In this document: piece by piece, positions 27,898 to 37,814 of the stretch
How the letters are laid out: each line of letters starts with the position of its first letter
Numbering within the stretch: the stretch's first letter is position 1
Virus record (IMG/VR): IMGVR_UViG_3300037882_001770
Span: 248,001-312,000 of that record
DNA length: 64,000 bases
Reading direction: 5' to 3' (one strand)
Program-made: the position numbers and the translations under genes
The notes under the pieces: model-generated
What the model saw: the letters and a program-made list of their open reading frames with translations, nothing else
The model's database searches: none
Told to the model about the DNA's origin: nothing

Positions 27898-27983
27898 TCA
27901 CCTTAGGACCGGTACTAGTTACCGTAGGTGTGCCGGCTGCTGGCATGGTCAAAACGATTCGCTACCGTTTAGCCAAAAGTGAG
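27898..27983 (+). ncRNA. Candidate multi-stem structured RNA
   Basis: CACCT/AGGTG enclosing CGGTA/TACCG; TGCC/GGCA; AAACG/CGTTT; possible TCAC/GTGA closure. Confidence 0.35.
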
Positions 27984-27992
27984 CAATTTTGT

Positions 27993-28020
27993 TTGACTTT
28001 CTTATTTTATACTGTATAAT
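27993..28020 (+). promoter_or_regulatory. Sigma70-like promoter
   Basis: TTGACT-N16-TATAAT. Confidence 0.6.
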
Positions 28021-28045
28021 AGTAACACTTACTCAGGAGAAATAG

Positions 28046-28309
28046 ATGTCTAACAATCGCGTATTTTCAGCAGATCAAACAACCAAACTTACTCAAATCA
28101 TCAATGAAGGCATGCAGGTCATGCATGAAATCGAAACTCTCACTGGCGGACTTAACGACACTATCAAAGCCATTGCAGAAGAAATGGAAATCAAACCCAA
28201 TATTCTTAAAAAAGCAATCAAACTTGCACACAAAGCAGAATTTGGACGTGAGCAACAAGACCACGAATTGCTGGAACAAATTTTAGTCACGGTAGGCAAA
28301 ACATTATAA
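28046..28309 (+). CDS. Small dsDNA-binding protein (T4 DsbA/GapR-like)
   Basis: Helical 87 aa protein, IKAIAEEMEIKPNILKKAIKLAHK, upstream of the polymerase. Confidence 0.5.
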   Translation: MSNNRVFSADQTTKLTQIINEGMQVMHEIETLTGGLNDTIKAIAEEMEIKPNILKKAIKLAHKAEFGREQQDHELLEQILVTVGKTL

Positions 28310-28333
28310 GTACTGTTTTACAACAGTCGAGTC

Positions 28334-28383
28334 GTTCCCGTAAGGAACATGAATCAAGGTTAGTGGACCATAAGCCACAGGAG
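28334..28383 (+). promoter_or_regulatory. Two hairpins in the DNA polymerase leader (possible translational operator)
   Basis: GTTCC/GGAAC and GTGG/CCAC directly before the AGGAG RBS. Confidence 0.4.
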
Positions 28384-28387
28384 AACG

Positions 28388-31045
28388 ATGAGTTATATTG
28401 ACGCACTTTTTGATCGTGAACACGATCGCATACATGTAGTTGAACGGCGAGATGGCAAGAGATGCTATCAGGAATATCCGGCCAACTACATTTTTTATTA
28501 CGAAGATCCCCGTGGCAAATTTCAAAGCATTTTTGGAACATCAGTCAGCAGATTCAGCACACGCAACAACAAAGAGTTTCGTAAAGAAATTCGCATACAG
28601 TCGGGCAAGAAATTATTTGAATCCGACATTAATCCTGTATTCCGCTGTCTTGAGGACAACTACAAAGGACAAGACGGTCCCAAGTTAAATGTAGCGTTCT
28701 TTGACATTGAGGTCGACTTTGACCCCGAACGTGGCTTTAGTCCAACAACAGATCCATTCAATGCTATCACTGCTATTTCAGTTTATCTGCAGTGGCTAGA
28801 GCAGATGGTCACTCTTGTTGTACCTCCAAAGCATATGAGTCGAGCTACTGCGGATGAAATTGCTCGAGAGTTTGAAAACTGCATTGTGTTTGAGCGAGAA
28901 GAAGAAATGTTAAAAACTTTCTTGGATCTTATCGAAGACGCCGATGCACTTTCAGGCTGGAATAGTGAAGGGTATGATATACCCTACACAATTAATCGTG
29001 TTACCCGTGTTCTGAGCAAAGATGACACCCGTAGATTTTGTTTATGGAACCAATATCCTAAAAAACGCATGTTTGAACGCTTTGGCGCAGAGAATGAAAC
29101 CTATGACTTAATTGGCCGCGTGCATATGGACTATATGCAACTGTATCGCAAATACACCTACGAAGAGCGTCATAGTTATAGTTTGGATGCTATTGCTGAA
29201 TACGAACTCCAAGAAACCAAGACTGTGTTTGAAGGCACCCTGGATCAACTGTACAACCAAAACTTCAAAAAGTTTATTGAATACAACAGGCAAGATACAA
29301 TGATTCTGGCCAAGCTAGATAAGAAATTAAAATTCTTAGACCTAGCGAACACACTGGCGCATGAAAACACTGTATTGCTACAAACTACCATGGGTGCTGT
29401 GGCTGTAACTGAGCAGGCCATTATCAATGAGGCACACGAACGTGGTATGGTTGTGCCCAATCGCAAGGAACGCTACAGTGATGAGGACACCCAGGCCGCC
29501 GGAGCTTATGTTGCCTTTCCAAAGAAAGGCATCCACGAATATGTAGGCTCGATAGACATCAATTCATTGTATCCCAGTGCCATTCGTGCGCTTAACATGG
29601 GACCCGAGACTATTGTGGGACAACTAAGACCCATAATGACCGAACGTTACATCAGCGACAAGATGCGTGGTGGGGCCAGCTTTGCAGCGGCGTGGGAAGG
29701 CTTGTTTGGCAGTTTAGAATATGAAGCGGTCATGGCCGCCGAGCCCGGTACAGAGATCACCATAGACTGGCAAGATGGTGAGGAGTCGGTCCATAGTGCG
29801 GCCGAAGTATGGAAGATAATTTTTGATAGTAACCACCCCTGGATGATCACTGCCAATGGCACTATCTTTACCTATGAAAAAGAAGCAGTTATTCCTGGCT
29901 TGCTAAAACGTTGGTATGCCGAACGTAAAGAGATGCAGGCCAAACTTAAAGAGTGTAAAAATGCGGAAGATGAAGAATATTGGGACAAGCGTCAACTTGT
30001 TAAAAAGATTAACCTCAACAGTCTCTATGGTGCTATTCTTAATCCTGGTTGCCGTTTCTTTGATAAGCGTATTGGTCAGTCCACAACTCTTACTGGTCGT
30101 GCCATTGCCCGGCACATGGATGCTTATGTAAACGAGTGTATCACAGGCAAATATGATCATGTAGGTGAGTCAATCATCTATGGTGACACTGATTCCTGCT
30201 ATTTTACAGCCTATCCGATTTTACAAAAAGAGATAGAAGCCGGTAACATGACATGGAATCGAGAAATTGCCGTACAACTGTATAATAGCATTTCTGATCA
30301 AGTTAACGATAGCTTTCCGGGCTTTATGGAGCAGGCATTCCATGTTCCACGCGAGATGGGCAATGTGATCAAAGGCGGTCGAGAGATTGTGGCCAGCAAA
30401 GGCTTGTTCATTACCAAAAAACGTTACGCTGTCATGTATTATGACAAAGAAAACAAGCGTGTGGACACACACGGTAGCCCGGGCAAGGTCAAAGCCATGG
30501 GTCTTGATCTCAAACGCAGTGATACTCCTAAGGTCATTCAAGAATTTCTAAGCGAAATCTTAAACGAGGTACTAGTGGGTGCCACACGTGAAAGTATTAT
30601 TGAAAAGATTCGCGAGTTCAAATACAAGTTCAAAGAGCGTCCAGGTTGGGAAAAAGGCAGCCCCAAGCGTGTAAATAATTTAACCAAGTATGGCAAGGAA
30701 GAAGAACGTCTAGGCAAAGCCAACATGCCGGGCCATGTCCGTGCAGCACTCAACTGGAACAATCTACGTAGAATGAATAGCGACAAGTACAGCATGCAGA
30801 TTGTCGACGGCATGAAAACTATTGTGTGTAAGTTAAAAGCTAATCCACTAGGTTGGACCAGCATAGGTTACCCCACTGATGAACAACATTTACCTCAATG
30901 GTTCAAAGAACTGCCGTTTGATGACAGTGAAATGGAAGCCACAGTAGTGGATCAAAAGATCAATAATCTGTTGGGAGTGCTGGAGTGGGATCTAGCAAGT
31001 GCCACCAACACAGAAAACACATTCCAAACCTTGTTTGAGTGGTAA
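28388..31045 (+). CDS. polB: Family B DNA polymerase (T4 gp43-like)
   Basis: Exo FDIE, GWNSEGYD, YNRQD; polymerase DINSLYPS, KINLNSLYG, YGDTDS. Confidence 0.97.
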   Translation: MSYIDALFDREHDRIHVVERRDGKRCYQEYPANYIFYYEDPRGKFQSIFGTSVSRFSTRNNKEFRKEIRIQSGKKLFESDINPVFRCLEDNYKGQDGPKLNVAFFDIEVDFDPERGFSPTTDPFNAITAISVYLQWLEQMVTLVVPPKHMSRATADEIAREFENCIVFEREEEMLKTFLDLIEDADALSGWNSEGYDIPYTINRVTRVLSKDDTRRFCLWNQYPKKRMFERFGAENETYDLIGRVHMDYMQLYRKYTYEERHSYSLDAIAEYELQETKTVFEGTLDQLYNQNFKKFIEYNRQDTMILAKLDKKLKFLDLANTLAHENTVLLQTTMGAVAVTEQAIINEAHERGMVVPNRKERYSDEDTQAAGAYVAFPKKGIHEYVGSIDINSLYPSAIRALNMGPETIVGQLRPIMTERYISDKMRGGASFAAAWEGLFGSLEYEAVMAAEPGTEITIDWQDGEESVHSAAEVWKIIFDSNHPWMITANGTIFTYEKEAVIPGLLKRWYAERKEMQAKLKECKNAEDEEYWDKRQLVKKINLNSLYGAILNPGCRFFDKRIGQSTTLTGRAIARHMDAYVNECITGKYDHVGESIIYGDTDSCYFTAYPILQKEIEAGNMTWNREIAVQLYNSISDQVNDSFPGFMEQAFHVPREMGNVIKGGREIVASKGLFITKKRYAVMYYDKENKRVDTHGSPGKVKAMGLDLKRSDTPKVIQEFLSEILNEVLVGATRESIIEKIREFKYKFKERPGWEKGSPKRVNNLTKYGKEEERLGKANMPGHVRAALNWNNLRRMNSDKYSMQIVDGMKTIVCKLKANPLGWTSIGYPTDEQHLPQWFKELPFDDSEMEATVVDQKINNLLGVLEWDLASATNTENTFQTLFEW

Positions 31046-31046
31046 C

Positions 31047-32111
31047 ATGAAGCTTAGTGAACTTGTTGCTCTTAAAACTTCGTTAGACCAAATGTCGAGT
31101 CTTGCCTCTAAAACCGAGGCCGGCCTGGAACTTGGAAAAATTTTACACCTGGTGGAAAATCAAACATTTAGAGTCAGCACATCACTGGAGGATCTGCAAC
31201 GCAAACAAAGTCAGGTCATGCAGTCATTTGATCAGTTTGAACAATCGCTAAATCTACTAACAGTACAGGTTAAACAGCTGATTGAAATTGAGGAGAAAGA
31301 ATGGTTTCAAGAAAGTTATCGCTTGTATGAGGAGGAAATGCGCAACGAGCACCATGATTATATTCTTAACCGTCGGCCACAAATTAAACCTGAGACCACA
31401 CTTAGAACTAGATTAACAAACTATGCCGATTGGCGCTACCCAGCAATGGTAATCCGACCAGGTCTTGAGGACTTTATCACTGGAATGGTCGGATACGATC
31501 CATTGTACATTGTTGATTTAAATAGGCACTTGCTAGGCAAAGTTCCTTTTCGATTTCCGCCCGAGTTTCAAAATAGATTACGGCCATATGTAATTGACGA
31601 AAGTCTCGACCACGAGATTCTCAAACAGGTTCCCGACAATCAGTTTGGCATGTGCCTTGCTTATAACTTTTTTAACTTTAGACCATTGGAATACATTAAA
31701 AAGTATCTAACAGAGATATATGTTAAGCTACGACCCGGTGGCGTGTTGATCATGACCTATAACGATTGCGATCGTGTGCCAGGAGTTATCTTGGCCGAAC
31801 AACGATATGCTTGCTATACTCCTGGGACATTGGTTGCTCAATTGGCTGAAAACATTGGATACGATCGTGCGTTTACCTGGAACGACAGCGGACCAATGAC
31901 TTTTTTAGAGATACGCAAACCCGGTGAACTGTCATCAATGCGCGGAGGTCAAACTTTGGCCAAACCGTTGACACGACCGCCTATGACACCAGCCGAAGAG
32001 TTGGCTAATCTACGAAAACGAGCAATCGAGTTACAACTGGACACTCCAGACAAGATTAGGTATGGATATTCGTTGGAAAAATTAAGAGCATTAATCAAAC
32101 ATAAAAAATAA
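31047..32111 (+). CDS. Coiled coil plus class I SAM-methyltransferase-like domain
   Basis: Start MKLSELV; FGMCLAYNFFNF...EIYVKLRPGGVLIM matches MTase motifs IV-VI; no clear motif I. Confidence 0.5.
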   Translation: MKLSELVALKTSLDQMSSLASKTEAGLELGKILHLVENQTFRVSTSLEDLQRKQSQVMQSFDQFEQSLNLLTVQVKQLIEIEEKEWFQESYRLYEEEMRNEHHDYILNRRPQIKPETTLRTRLTNYADWRYPAMVIRPGLEDFITGMVGYDPLYIVDLNRHLLGKVPFRFPPEFQNRLRPYVIDESLDHEILKQVPDNQFGMCLAYNFFNFRPLEYIKKYLTEIYVKLRPGGVLIMTYNDCDRVPGVILAEQRYACYTPGTLVAQLAENIGYDRAFTWNDSGPMTFLEIRKPGELSSMRGGQTLAKPLTRPPMTPAEELANLRKRAIELQLDTPDKIRYGYSLEKLRALIKHKK

Positions 32112-32120
32112 CCAAAACAG

Positions 32121-32154
32121 TTGCAAAATCTAAATAAACCCAGTATAATCAAAC
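32121..32154 (+). promoter_or_regulatory. Sigma70-like promoter with nested TAAATA
   Basis: TTGCAA-N17-TATAAT; ATCTAAATA in the spacer. Confidence 0.6.
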
Positions 32155-32168
32155 ACAAGGAGAATTAC

Positions 32169-32891
32169 ATGAGAGATCATCTTTTAGACTTAGTAGAACA
32201 CACGTTAAAATTAGGCTGTATTGACCTGGTTAAAATTACAGGCGACGACAAGTCAACTGTTATTAGCGGACTTGCTGAAGACCGCAGCGTAGTAGTAGAA
32301 GGTCAATACGCTGGACCGGTAGCAGAGTTTATTGGCACGTTTGGTATGCCAAACTTGACCAAACTTAATATTTTATTAAACTTGCAAGAGTACAAGGATA
32401 ATGCCAAACTCACAGTTACACGCAAAGACACTGGTGCTCCGGACGGTATCAATTTTGAAAACGCATCCGGCGACTTCAAAAACAACTATCGTTTTATGGC
32501 GGCCGAAATTGTCAACGAAAAACTTAAAACAGTCAAGTTTAAAGGTGTAAACTGGAATATCGAATTTGAACCTAGTGTTGCAAGTATTCAGCGTTTAAAA
32601 ATGCAAGCACAAGCAAACATCGAAGAACTCAACTTTCAAGCCAAAACAGAAAATGGTGACTTGAAGTTTGTGTTTGGTGACCACAGTACCCACTCGGGTA
32701 ATTTTGTATTCCAGACCGGTGTACAAGGACAACTCAAACGTGCATGGTCATGGCCTATCAAGACTGTAATCAGTATTCTTGATTTAACTGGCGACAAAAC
32801 ATTTAAAATCAGTGATGACGGTGCCGCAATGATTACTGTTAACTCAGGTCTAGCAACTTATAACTATATTCTCCCAGCACAGTCTAAATAA
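32169..32891 (+). CDS. Probable DNA polymerase sliding clamp (gp45-like)
   Basis: 240 aa alternating alpha/beta protein beside the polymerase; weak recognition only. Confidence 0.5.
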   Translation: MRDHLLDLVEHTLKLGCIDLVKITGDDKSTVISGLAEDRSVVVEGQYAGPVAEFIGTFGMPNLTKLNILLNLQEYKDNAKLTVTRKDTGAPDGINFENASGDFKNNYRFMAAEIVNEKLKTVKFKGVNWNIEFEPSVASIQRLKMQAQANIEELNFQAKTENGDLKFVFGDHSTHSGNFVFQTGVQGQLKRAWSWPIKTVISILDLTGDKTFKISDDGAAMITVNSGLATYNYILPAQSK

Positions 32892-32895
32892 GTTA

Positions 32896-34521
32896 ATGAC
32901 ACAAGACAATTTAACAGCCAAACAACTTGATTACGCTGTATTCTTGCCGGCCATCAGTGGTTTTTATGCTACCTTTGTAGGCAAACAACGTGATCCTGTA
33001 AACGGCCCATACGTGGATCCGGCTCGCTTACCAGCCGGCATTCCAGACATGGAAATGATGAACTGGCTCAATGATCAAAAGGGTATGTTTCCATACAAGT
33101 GGAGTCTGTATTCGGGTGGGCATGCCAACTTAGATCTCAACAAGCAAGACTGGTCCGAGGACATGGTCCGTAACAGAGATCCAAACACCTTGTTGCTAGG
33201 CGATTCGGGTGGATTCCAGATTGCCAAAGGCCTATGGGAAGGCGACTGGAAAGCCAACTCGGGTTGTCCCAAAGCACAGAAGAAGCGTGAAGCTGTGCTC
33301 AAATGGTTAGACAACATCAGCGACTACTGCATGACCTTAGATATACCGACCTGGGTCATTCACGATAAAAAAGCGTCTGCGGCCTGCCAAATTACTAATT
33401 TACAACAGGCAGTAGACGCCACCAAGTACAACAATGAATACTTTATGAAACACCGACGGGGCAAGGCCAATGGCGGTACTAAGATACTAAATGTACTGCA
33501 AGGCGCCGGACACGATGATGCTGATCGTTGGTATGATTTAATGAAAGACTACTGTGATCCTATCAAATATCCCGACACACACTTTGATGGGTGGGCCATG
33601 GGTGGTCAAAACATGTGTGATGTACATCTAGTACTAAAACGTTTGGTAGCGCTGCGTCATGACAATCTGTTACAAGAAGGCATACACGATTGGATGCACT
33701 TCTTGGGCACAAGCAAATTAGAGTGGGCGGTGTTGTTAACTGACATTCAACGTGCCATTCGCAAGTATGTTAATCCAAGTTTCACCATTAGCTTTGACTG
33801 TGCCAGCCCGTTTTTGGCTACAGCCAATGGGCAGGTGTATCATCACATTGACCTTCCACACAACGATAAATGGTGCTACAGGATGAGTCCCATTGCTGAT
33901 GATAAAAAATATAGTACCGACACTCGTCCATACGGCCAGGCAGTTGTAGCAGATGGATTGGTCGATCACTTTGATGAAAGCCCAATCAGTCAACAGTTAC
34001 AAATGAAGGACATTTGTATCTATAAGCCCGGGGTTAGAAAAACTGAGGCCGAACTCAACGGCGAAACATTTGATCCCAACAACATGAGTCACTTTCATAT
34101 TGCACCGGACTTGAACAAGATTGGCAAGAATGGTAAAACAAGTTGGGACAGTTTCAGTTATGCCCTACTTATGGGTCATAATGTTTGGACACATATCGAG
34201 GCTGTGCAACGTGCCAATCGTGCGTATGATTCGGGTACATGGCCAGCTATGATGTGGAATCAAAACGGCGATCATGCCCGATTCAAGGATATTGTGGATG
34301 CCATATTTGCCACACCCGATCGGGCAGAGGCCGAAGCCATAATCGAACACTATGACCGTTATTGGATGGACATTGTGGGCACACGTGGATTCAAAGGCAA
34401 GAAAGCCAAAAATGCCCGTGCTCAATTCAATGTGTTGTTTGAAGTAGAAGAAACCAACGATGGTGTTGACGGAGACGAAATCGAGTTTGATGAATCTAAA
34501 TTGGAGAATTTAAGTGTATGA
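32896..34521 (+). CDS. dpdA: TGT-fold guanine transglycosylase (DpdA-like)
   Basis: DSGGFQ, TLDIP, NVLQG, WAMGG, HFLG, FDCASP, HN motifs; que-pathway context. Confidence 0.8.
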   Translation: MTQDNLTAKQLDYAVFLPAISGFYATFVGKQRDPVNGPYVDPARLPAGIPDMEMMNWLNDQKGMFPYKWSLYSGGHANLDLNKQDWSEDMVRNRDPNTLLLGDSGGFQIAKGLWEGDWKANSGCPKAQKKREAVLKWLDNISDYCMTLDIPTWVIHDKKASAACQITNLQQAVDATKYNNEYFMKHRRGKANGGTKILNVLQGAGHDDADRWYDLMKDYCDPIKYPDTHFDGWAMGGQNMCDVHLVLKRLVALRHDNLLQEGIHDWMHFLGTSKLEWAVLLTDIQRAIRKYVNPSFTISFDCASPFLATANGQVYHHIDLPHNDKWCYRMSPIADDKKYSTDTRPYGQAVVADGLVDHFDESPISQQLQMKDICIYKPGVRKTEAELNGETFDPNNMSHFHIAPDLNKIGKNGKTSWDSFSYALLMGHNVWTHIEAVQRANRAYDSGTWPAMMWNQNGDHARFKDIVDAIFATPDRAEAEAIIEHYDRYWMDIVGTRGFKGKKAKNARAQFNVLFEVEETNDGVDGDEIEFDESKLENLSV

Positions 34522-34876
34522 TCTAATTTTTATCATGTTAGGTCTGTTGTTTATCAAGCACTGGTATGTTGATTTTGTTAATCAAAGCCAAGAGGAAATC
34601 AATAGCAAGAGCAAGTATGGTAGTCTTGATGGCATATCACACAGTGCCAAACACGGACTAGGAACCATATTTGTATTCTTGTTAGTAGGATTAGATCCTG
34701 CCTTGTCGGTGGCACTCGGTACTATCGATATGATTGTTCATTACCATATTGACTGGATAAAAATGAAATTTGGCACCAATGACATCACTACTAAAGAATT
34801 TTGGAGTCAATTGGGATTCGATCAACTTGTACACGCATTTACTTACATTGGACTGGTTTGGATATTATATGTTTGA
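34514..34876 (+). CDS. DUF3307-like membrane protein
   Basis: KHWYVDFVNQ...HSAKH...HYHIDW...DQLVH pattern. Confidence 0.7.
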   Translation: MYDLIFIMLGLLFIKHWYVDFVNQSQEEINSKSKYGSLDGISHSAKHGLGTIFVFLLVGLDPALSVALGTIDMIVHYHIDWIKMKFGTNDITTKEFWSQLGFDQLVHAFTYIGLVWILYV

Positions 34877-35045
34877 AAATCGTTTGACACATTTAGAAGA
34901 ATTACACCAGCAACTTAACAAACGGATTGACGGTATGGAAAGCACTGGAGTGTTCGAGGATGCAACCTTAGAGGTTTTGAAGAAACAAAGGTTGCATTTA
35001 AAGGACGAAATTGCTAAAATCAAACATCAACATAATTTAAAATAA
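34869..35045 (+). CDS. DUF465-like small coiled-coil protein
   Basis: HQQLNKRI...LKKQRLHLKDEI. Confidence 0.65.
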   Translation: MFENRLTHLEELHQQLNKRIDGMESTGVFEDATLEVLKKQRLHLKDEIAKIKHQHNLK

Positions 35046-35053
35046 GGCAGCAC

Positions 35054-35593
35054 ATGGACCGAATTGGACATGAGGAAGTAAATTTCTTTGTAGGAACTGA
35101 AGTAGAGCACACTCCGGCATTTGAACAACTCACACTGTTTGTGGTAGGACTGCAATCTATGACGGATGTCAATCGTCAACTAGAGAATTTAACTTCTTAC
35201 GCTGATCAGAGTCGCAATATCACTCATGTGTATTTTGGTGCCAATCAAAGTTTTCCTAATCCAGCATTTGACGATGCCGCAACATGGAATGCTTGGGAAG
35301 CCATGATTAACAATGTGTTGGCTCAGGGATTCTTTGCCACACTAGATTTAGATGTTACAGCAGTAGAAGGATTACTCGAAAGCAGTTTGGTCGAGCAAAT
35401 GAAATTTATACCAATGATTAGTGTTAAATTACCTTATATCAAACAACTAGGATACAATGCTACTCTTAAAATTGACGACAAAGATTTTAACGCAACAAAC
35501 CCAGGGGTCTGGTGCCACTCGTTACACGACTTACAAAAGCGTGAGGTGTTTACTGACTGGTCTAAATACACAAAGGACGAAGTTATCAAATGA
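35054..35593 (+). CDS. Hypothetical protein in the deazaguanine cluster
   Basis: 179 aa ORF with GTEVEH, HVYFGAN, WCH. Confidence 0.7.
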   Translation: MDRIGHEEVNFFVGTEVEHTPAFEQLTLFVVGLQSMTDVNRQLENLTSYADQSRNITHVYFGANQSFPNPAFDDAATWNAWEAMINNVLAQGFFATLDLDVTAVEGLLESSLVEQMKFIPMISVKLPYIKQLGYNATLKIDDKDFNATNPGVWCHSLHDLQKREVFTDWSKYTKDEVIK

Positions 35594-35916
35594 AAAATTG
35601 GCTAAGACAACGATTAATTAACATATTAGTTGATACTGATGATGGCGTTAAACAACCAAGACCTAGCAGAATCAGTCGTGGAAATATTAGTGTTACATTA
35701 GATGACGGATTGTGTGATGATAGCCCTAGCGGCATTGATCTTCCGGACCCTATTACCTTTAAAGTGCAAGCAGTATCAGGTGGAACAGTAGTTGAATCTC
35801 GTTGGTATGACTATAAGAAAGATGAGCATCGTGTCAAACTGCACATTATCACCCAGGATGAAAACTTATCTGAATCTATTGGCAAAATTGTAACCATGGA
35901 ACTACTACAAAAATGA
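35590..35916 (+). CDS. Hypothetical protein
   Basis: 108 aa ORF, ATGA overlaps. Confidence 0.6.
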   Translation: MKNWLRQRLINILVDTDDGVKQPRPSRISRGNISVTLDDGLCDDSPSGIDLPDPITFKVQAVSGGTVVESRWYDYKKDEHRVKLHIITQDENLSESIGKIVTMELLQK

Positions 35917-36377
35917 TACAACAAGAACGCGAACAAATTGAACGAATTAAATCAAAGGCAGAACGTAAAATCTGGGTTACATTCCGTCGAGAAGGAATCC
36001 ACTGTTATCCAGCAGCAGCCACTGATCCGCAATTAAATACCAACGATGAATACAATGTTGCGTTTCTCGCTAGCCCTCATCGTCATATGTTTCACTTCCG
36101 GGTGTGGATCGATGTCTTCCACAATGACCGAGATATCGAATTCATCCAGTTCAAACGCTGGCTCGAAAATCTTTACAGTGGAACCGGTCCCTATAATGAA
36201 GGTCGAGTTTTAGAATTGAACCATAAATCTTGTGAGATGATCGCAGATGACCTATATATACAGATAGCAGGTCGATATCCAGACCGTGCTGTGTGGATTG
36301 AAGTAGCCGAAGATGGTGAGAACGGTTGCCTCATTAAGTATGAACTTACTCACCCTAACCTCAGTATTAAAATTTAA
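35913..36377 (+). CDS. QueD-like T-fold protein, DpdL-type (putative CDG decarboxylase)
   Basis: LASPHRHMF (LxxxHRHxF in place of QueD CxxxHGH), SCEMIA, EVAEDGENG. Confidence 0.65.
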   Translation: MIQQEREQIERIKSKAERKIWVTFRREGIHCYPAAATDPQLNTNDEYNVAFLASPHRHMFHFRVWIDVFHNDRDIEFIQFKRWLENLYSGTGPYNEGRVLELNHKSCEMIADDLYIQIAGRYPDRAVWIEVAEDGENGCLIKYELTHPNLSIKI

Positions 36378-36388
36378 AAGGAAACATC

Positions 36389-36619
36389 ATGGGCAAGCCT
36401 GTACATCGCCTTAATCCCCGAGCAGTTGCTATTATGGACGATTTGGATAGCTTTTTAGCATTCTGTGTCGACTATGGCTACAGATATAACGAAAGTGATC
36501 TGTACAACTTTAAGAGCTATGCTTGGCAACAATACAACAAATTTAATCAAGGTAAAAATGCCAAGAACATGTGGGATGAAGATACTCGCAGATTCTCAGG
36601 ATATCGTCGCCATGCGTAA
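36389..36619 (+). CDS. Hypothetical protein
   Basis: 76 aa ORF with AGGA RBS. Confidence 0.6.
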   Translation: MGKPVHRLNPRAVAIMDDLDSFLAFCVDYGYRYNESDLYNFKSYAWQQYNKFNQGKNAKNMWDEDTRRFSGYRRHA

Positions 36620-37814
36620 ACTATTCTACATGGGCTTAGAGTCGTACGAGGCTCGGTATACACTACAACTGACTGAATGGAATCGCCGTGTGTTTGAACG
36701 GCGCGGCCTGGATGTGGTTTATGTTCCTGGCACTACTATCGATGACTCCCAAGCTATCTGCGTGGGTCAAGTGCTGGATGCACATGGTCGCAGTTACTTT
36801 GGCATGAGTCAGATGATGAACCTGGTTCAACTAATGCGAAATGGAGAAGTCACTAGTGAAGATGTTATCTACTTTGAAGACATGTTTCAACCCGGTATCG
36901 AGAGCTTGCCTTATATTATGGATCAAGTGCCTGTTACTCACCGTCCTCGTGTTTATGTACGTTGCCTTGCTCAGGCCATTGATCCAGATGACTTTGTTCA
37001 TGTATGGGGTATGGCTAAATGGATGGACCTGTACGAAAAAATGGTTAACGAATTTGTCACAGGTGTATTAGCAACTAATGAAGAGATGGTGGCTCACATG
37101 CGTATTGCAGGGTGGACTGCTCCTATCTACAATATTTCAGGATTGGCGTTTGGCAAAGCAGAAGTTCTAGAGCGTATAGGTGGCTCGCAAAATATCAAAC
37201 CCTTTGCAGAACGTAAACGTCGTGTCGGTTTTGCGGCACGTTGGGATCAAGAGAAGCAACCGGGTTTCTTCATGGACTTGATTGACATGTACGGTGAGTT
37301 AACTACGGAGCCGTGCGAGTTTGCTATATTCCAAGGCGGACCATTACGCAGTAACAATCCTGAATATGTAGAACGTGCCCGACGCATGGAGCGTGAAGGT
37401 AAACTTAAAATTTACGATAACTTAACTAAGAACGAATACTATGCTCTTGTCAACGACACTCGCGTATTGTTTAATTGTGCTTTACAGGACTGGGTGTCAA
37501 ACACAGTCTCAGAAGCAGATACACTTGGAGCAAATGTTTTATATCCTGCTTATCGTAGCTTCCCTGAAACTTTTGCAGATGACCCAAACCGGCTTTATGT
37601 TCCTTGGTCAATAGATGATGCCTATCACAAAATGCAAAACTTGTTACGTGAACCACATCATAACATGGGCTTGATCAGTGATTGGACTGATGGAACTGTT
37701 GATCGCATTGTAGACATTTTAGAAGGCAAGGGCGAGCAATGGAATCGTGCAGGCAATCGCTATCGAGATCATGTAAGCCAGGCCAAATACCATGTAAGGA
37801 AGATCGAATCATGA
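36612..37814 (+). CDS. GT-B glycosyltransferase
   Basis: Start MRKLFYMGLE; GFAARWDQEKQPG, LFNCALQDWVSNTVSEA, LYPAYRSFPE (GT4-like donor-binding region). Confidence 0.7.
   Translation: MRKLFYMGLESYEARYTLQLTEWNRRVFERRGLDVVYVPGTTIDDSQAICVGQVLDAHGRSYFGMSQMMNLVQLMRNGEVTSEDVIYFEDMFQPGIESLPYIMDQVPVTHRPRVYVRCLAQAIDPDDFVHVWGMAKWMDLYEKMVNEFVTGVLATNEEMVAHMRIAGWTAPIYNISGLAFGKAEVLERIGGSQNIKPFAERKRRVGFAARWDQEKQPGFFMDLIDMYGELTTEPCEFAIFQGGPLRSNNPEYVERARRMEREGKLKIYDNLTKNEYYALVNDTRVLFNCALQDWVSNTVSEADTLGANVLYPAYRSFPETFADDPNRLYVPWSIDDAYHKMQNLLREPHHNMGLISDWTDGTVDRIVDILEGKGEQWNRAGNRYRDHVSQAKYHVRKIES

Noticed and set aside
32896-34521. Canonical tRNA-modifying Tgt
   Set aside because: Much longer and more divergent, lacks the CxCxxC zinc site and sits in the DNA replication module; a DNA or nucleotide role is more likely though unproven.
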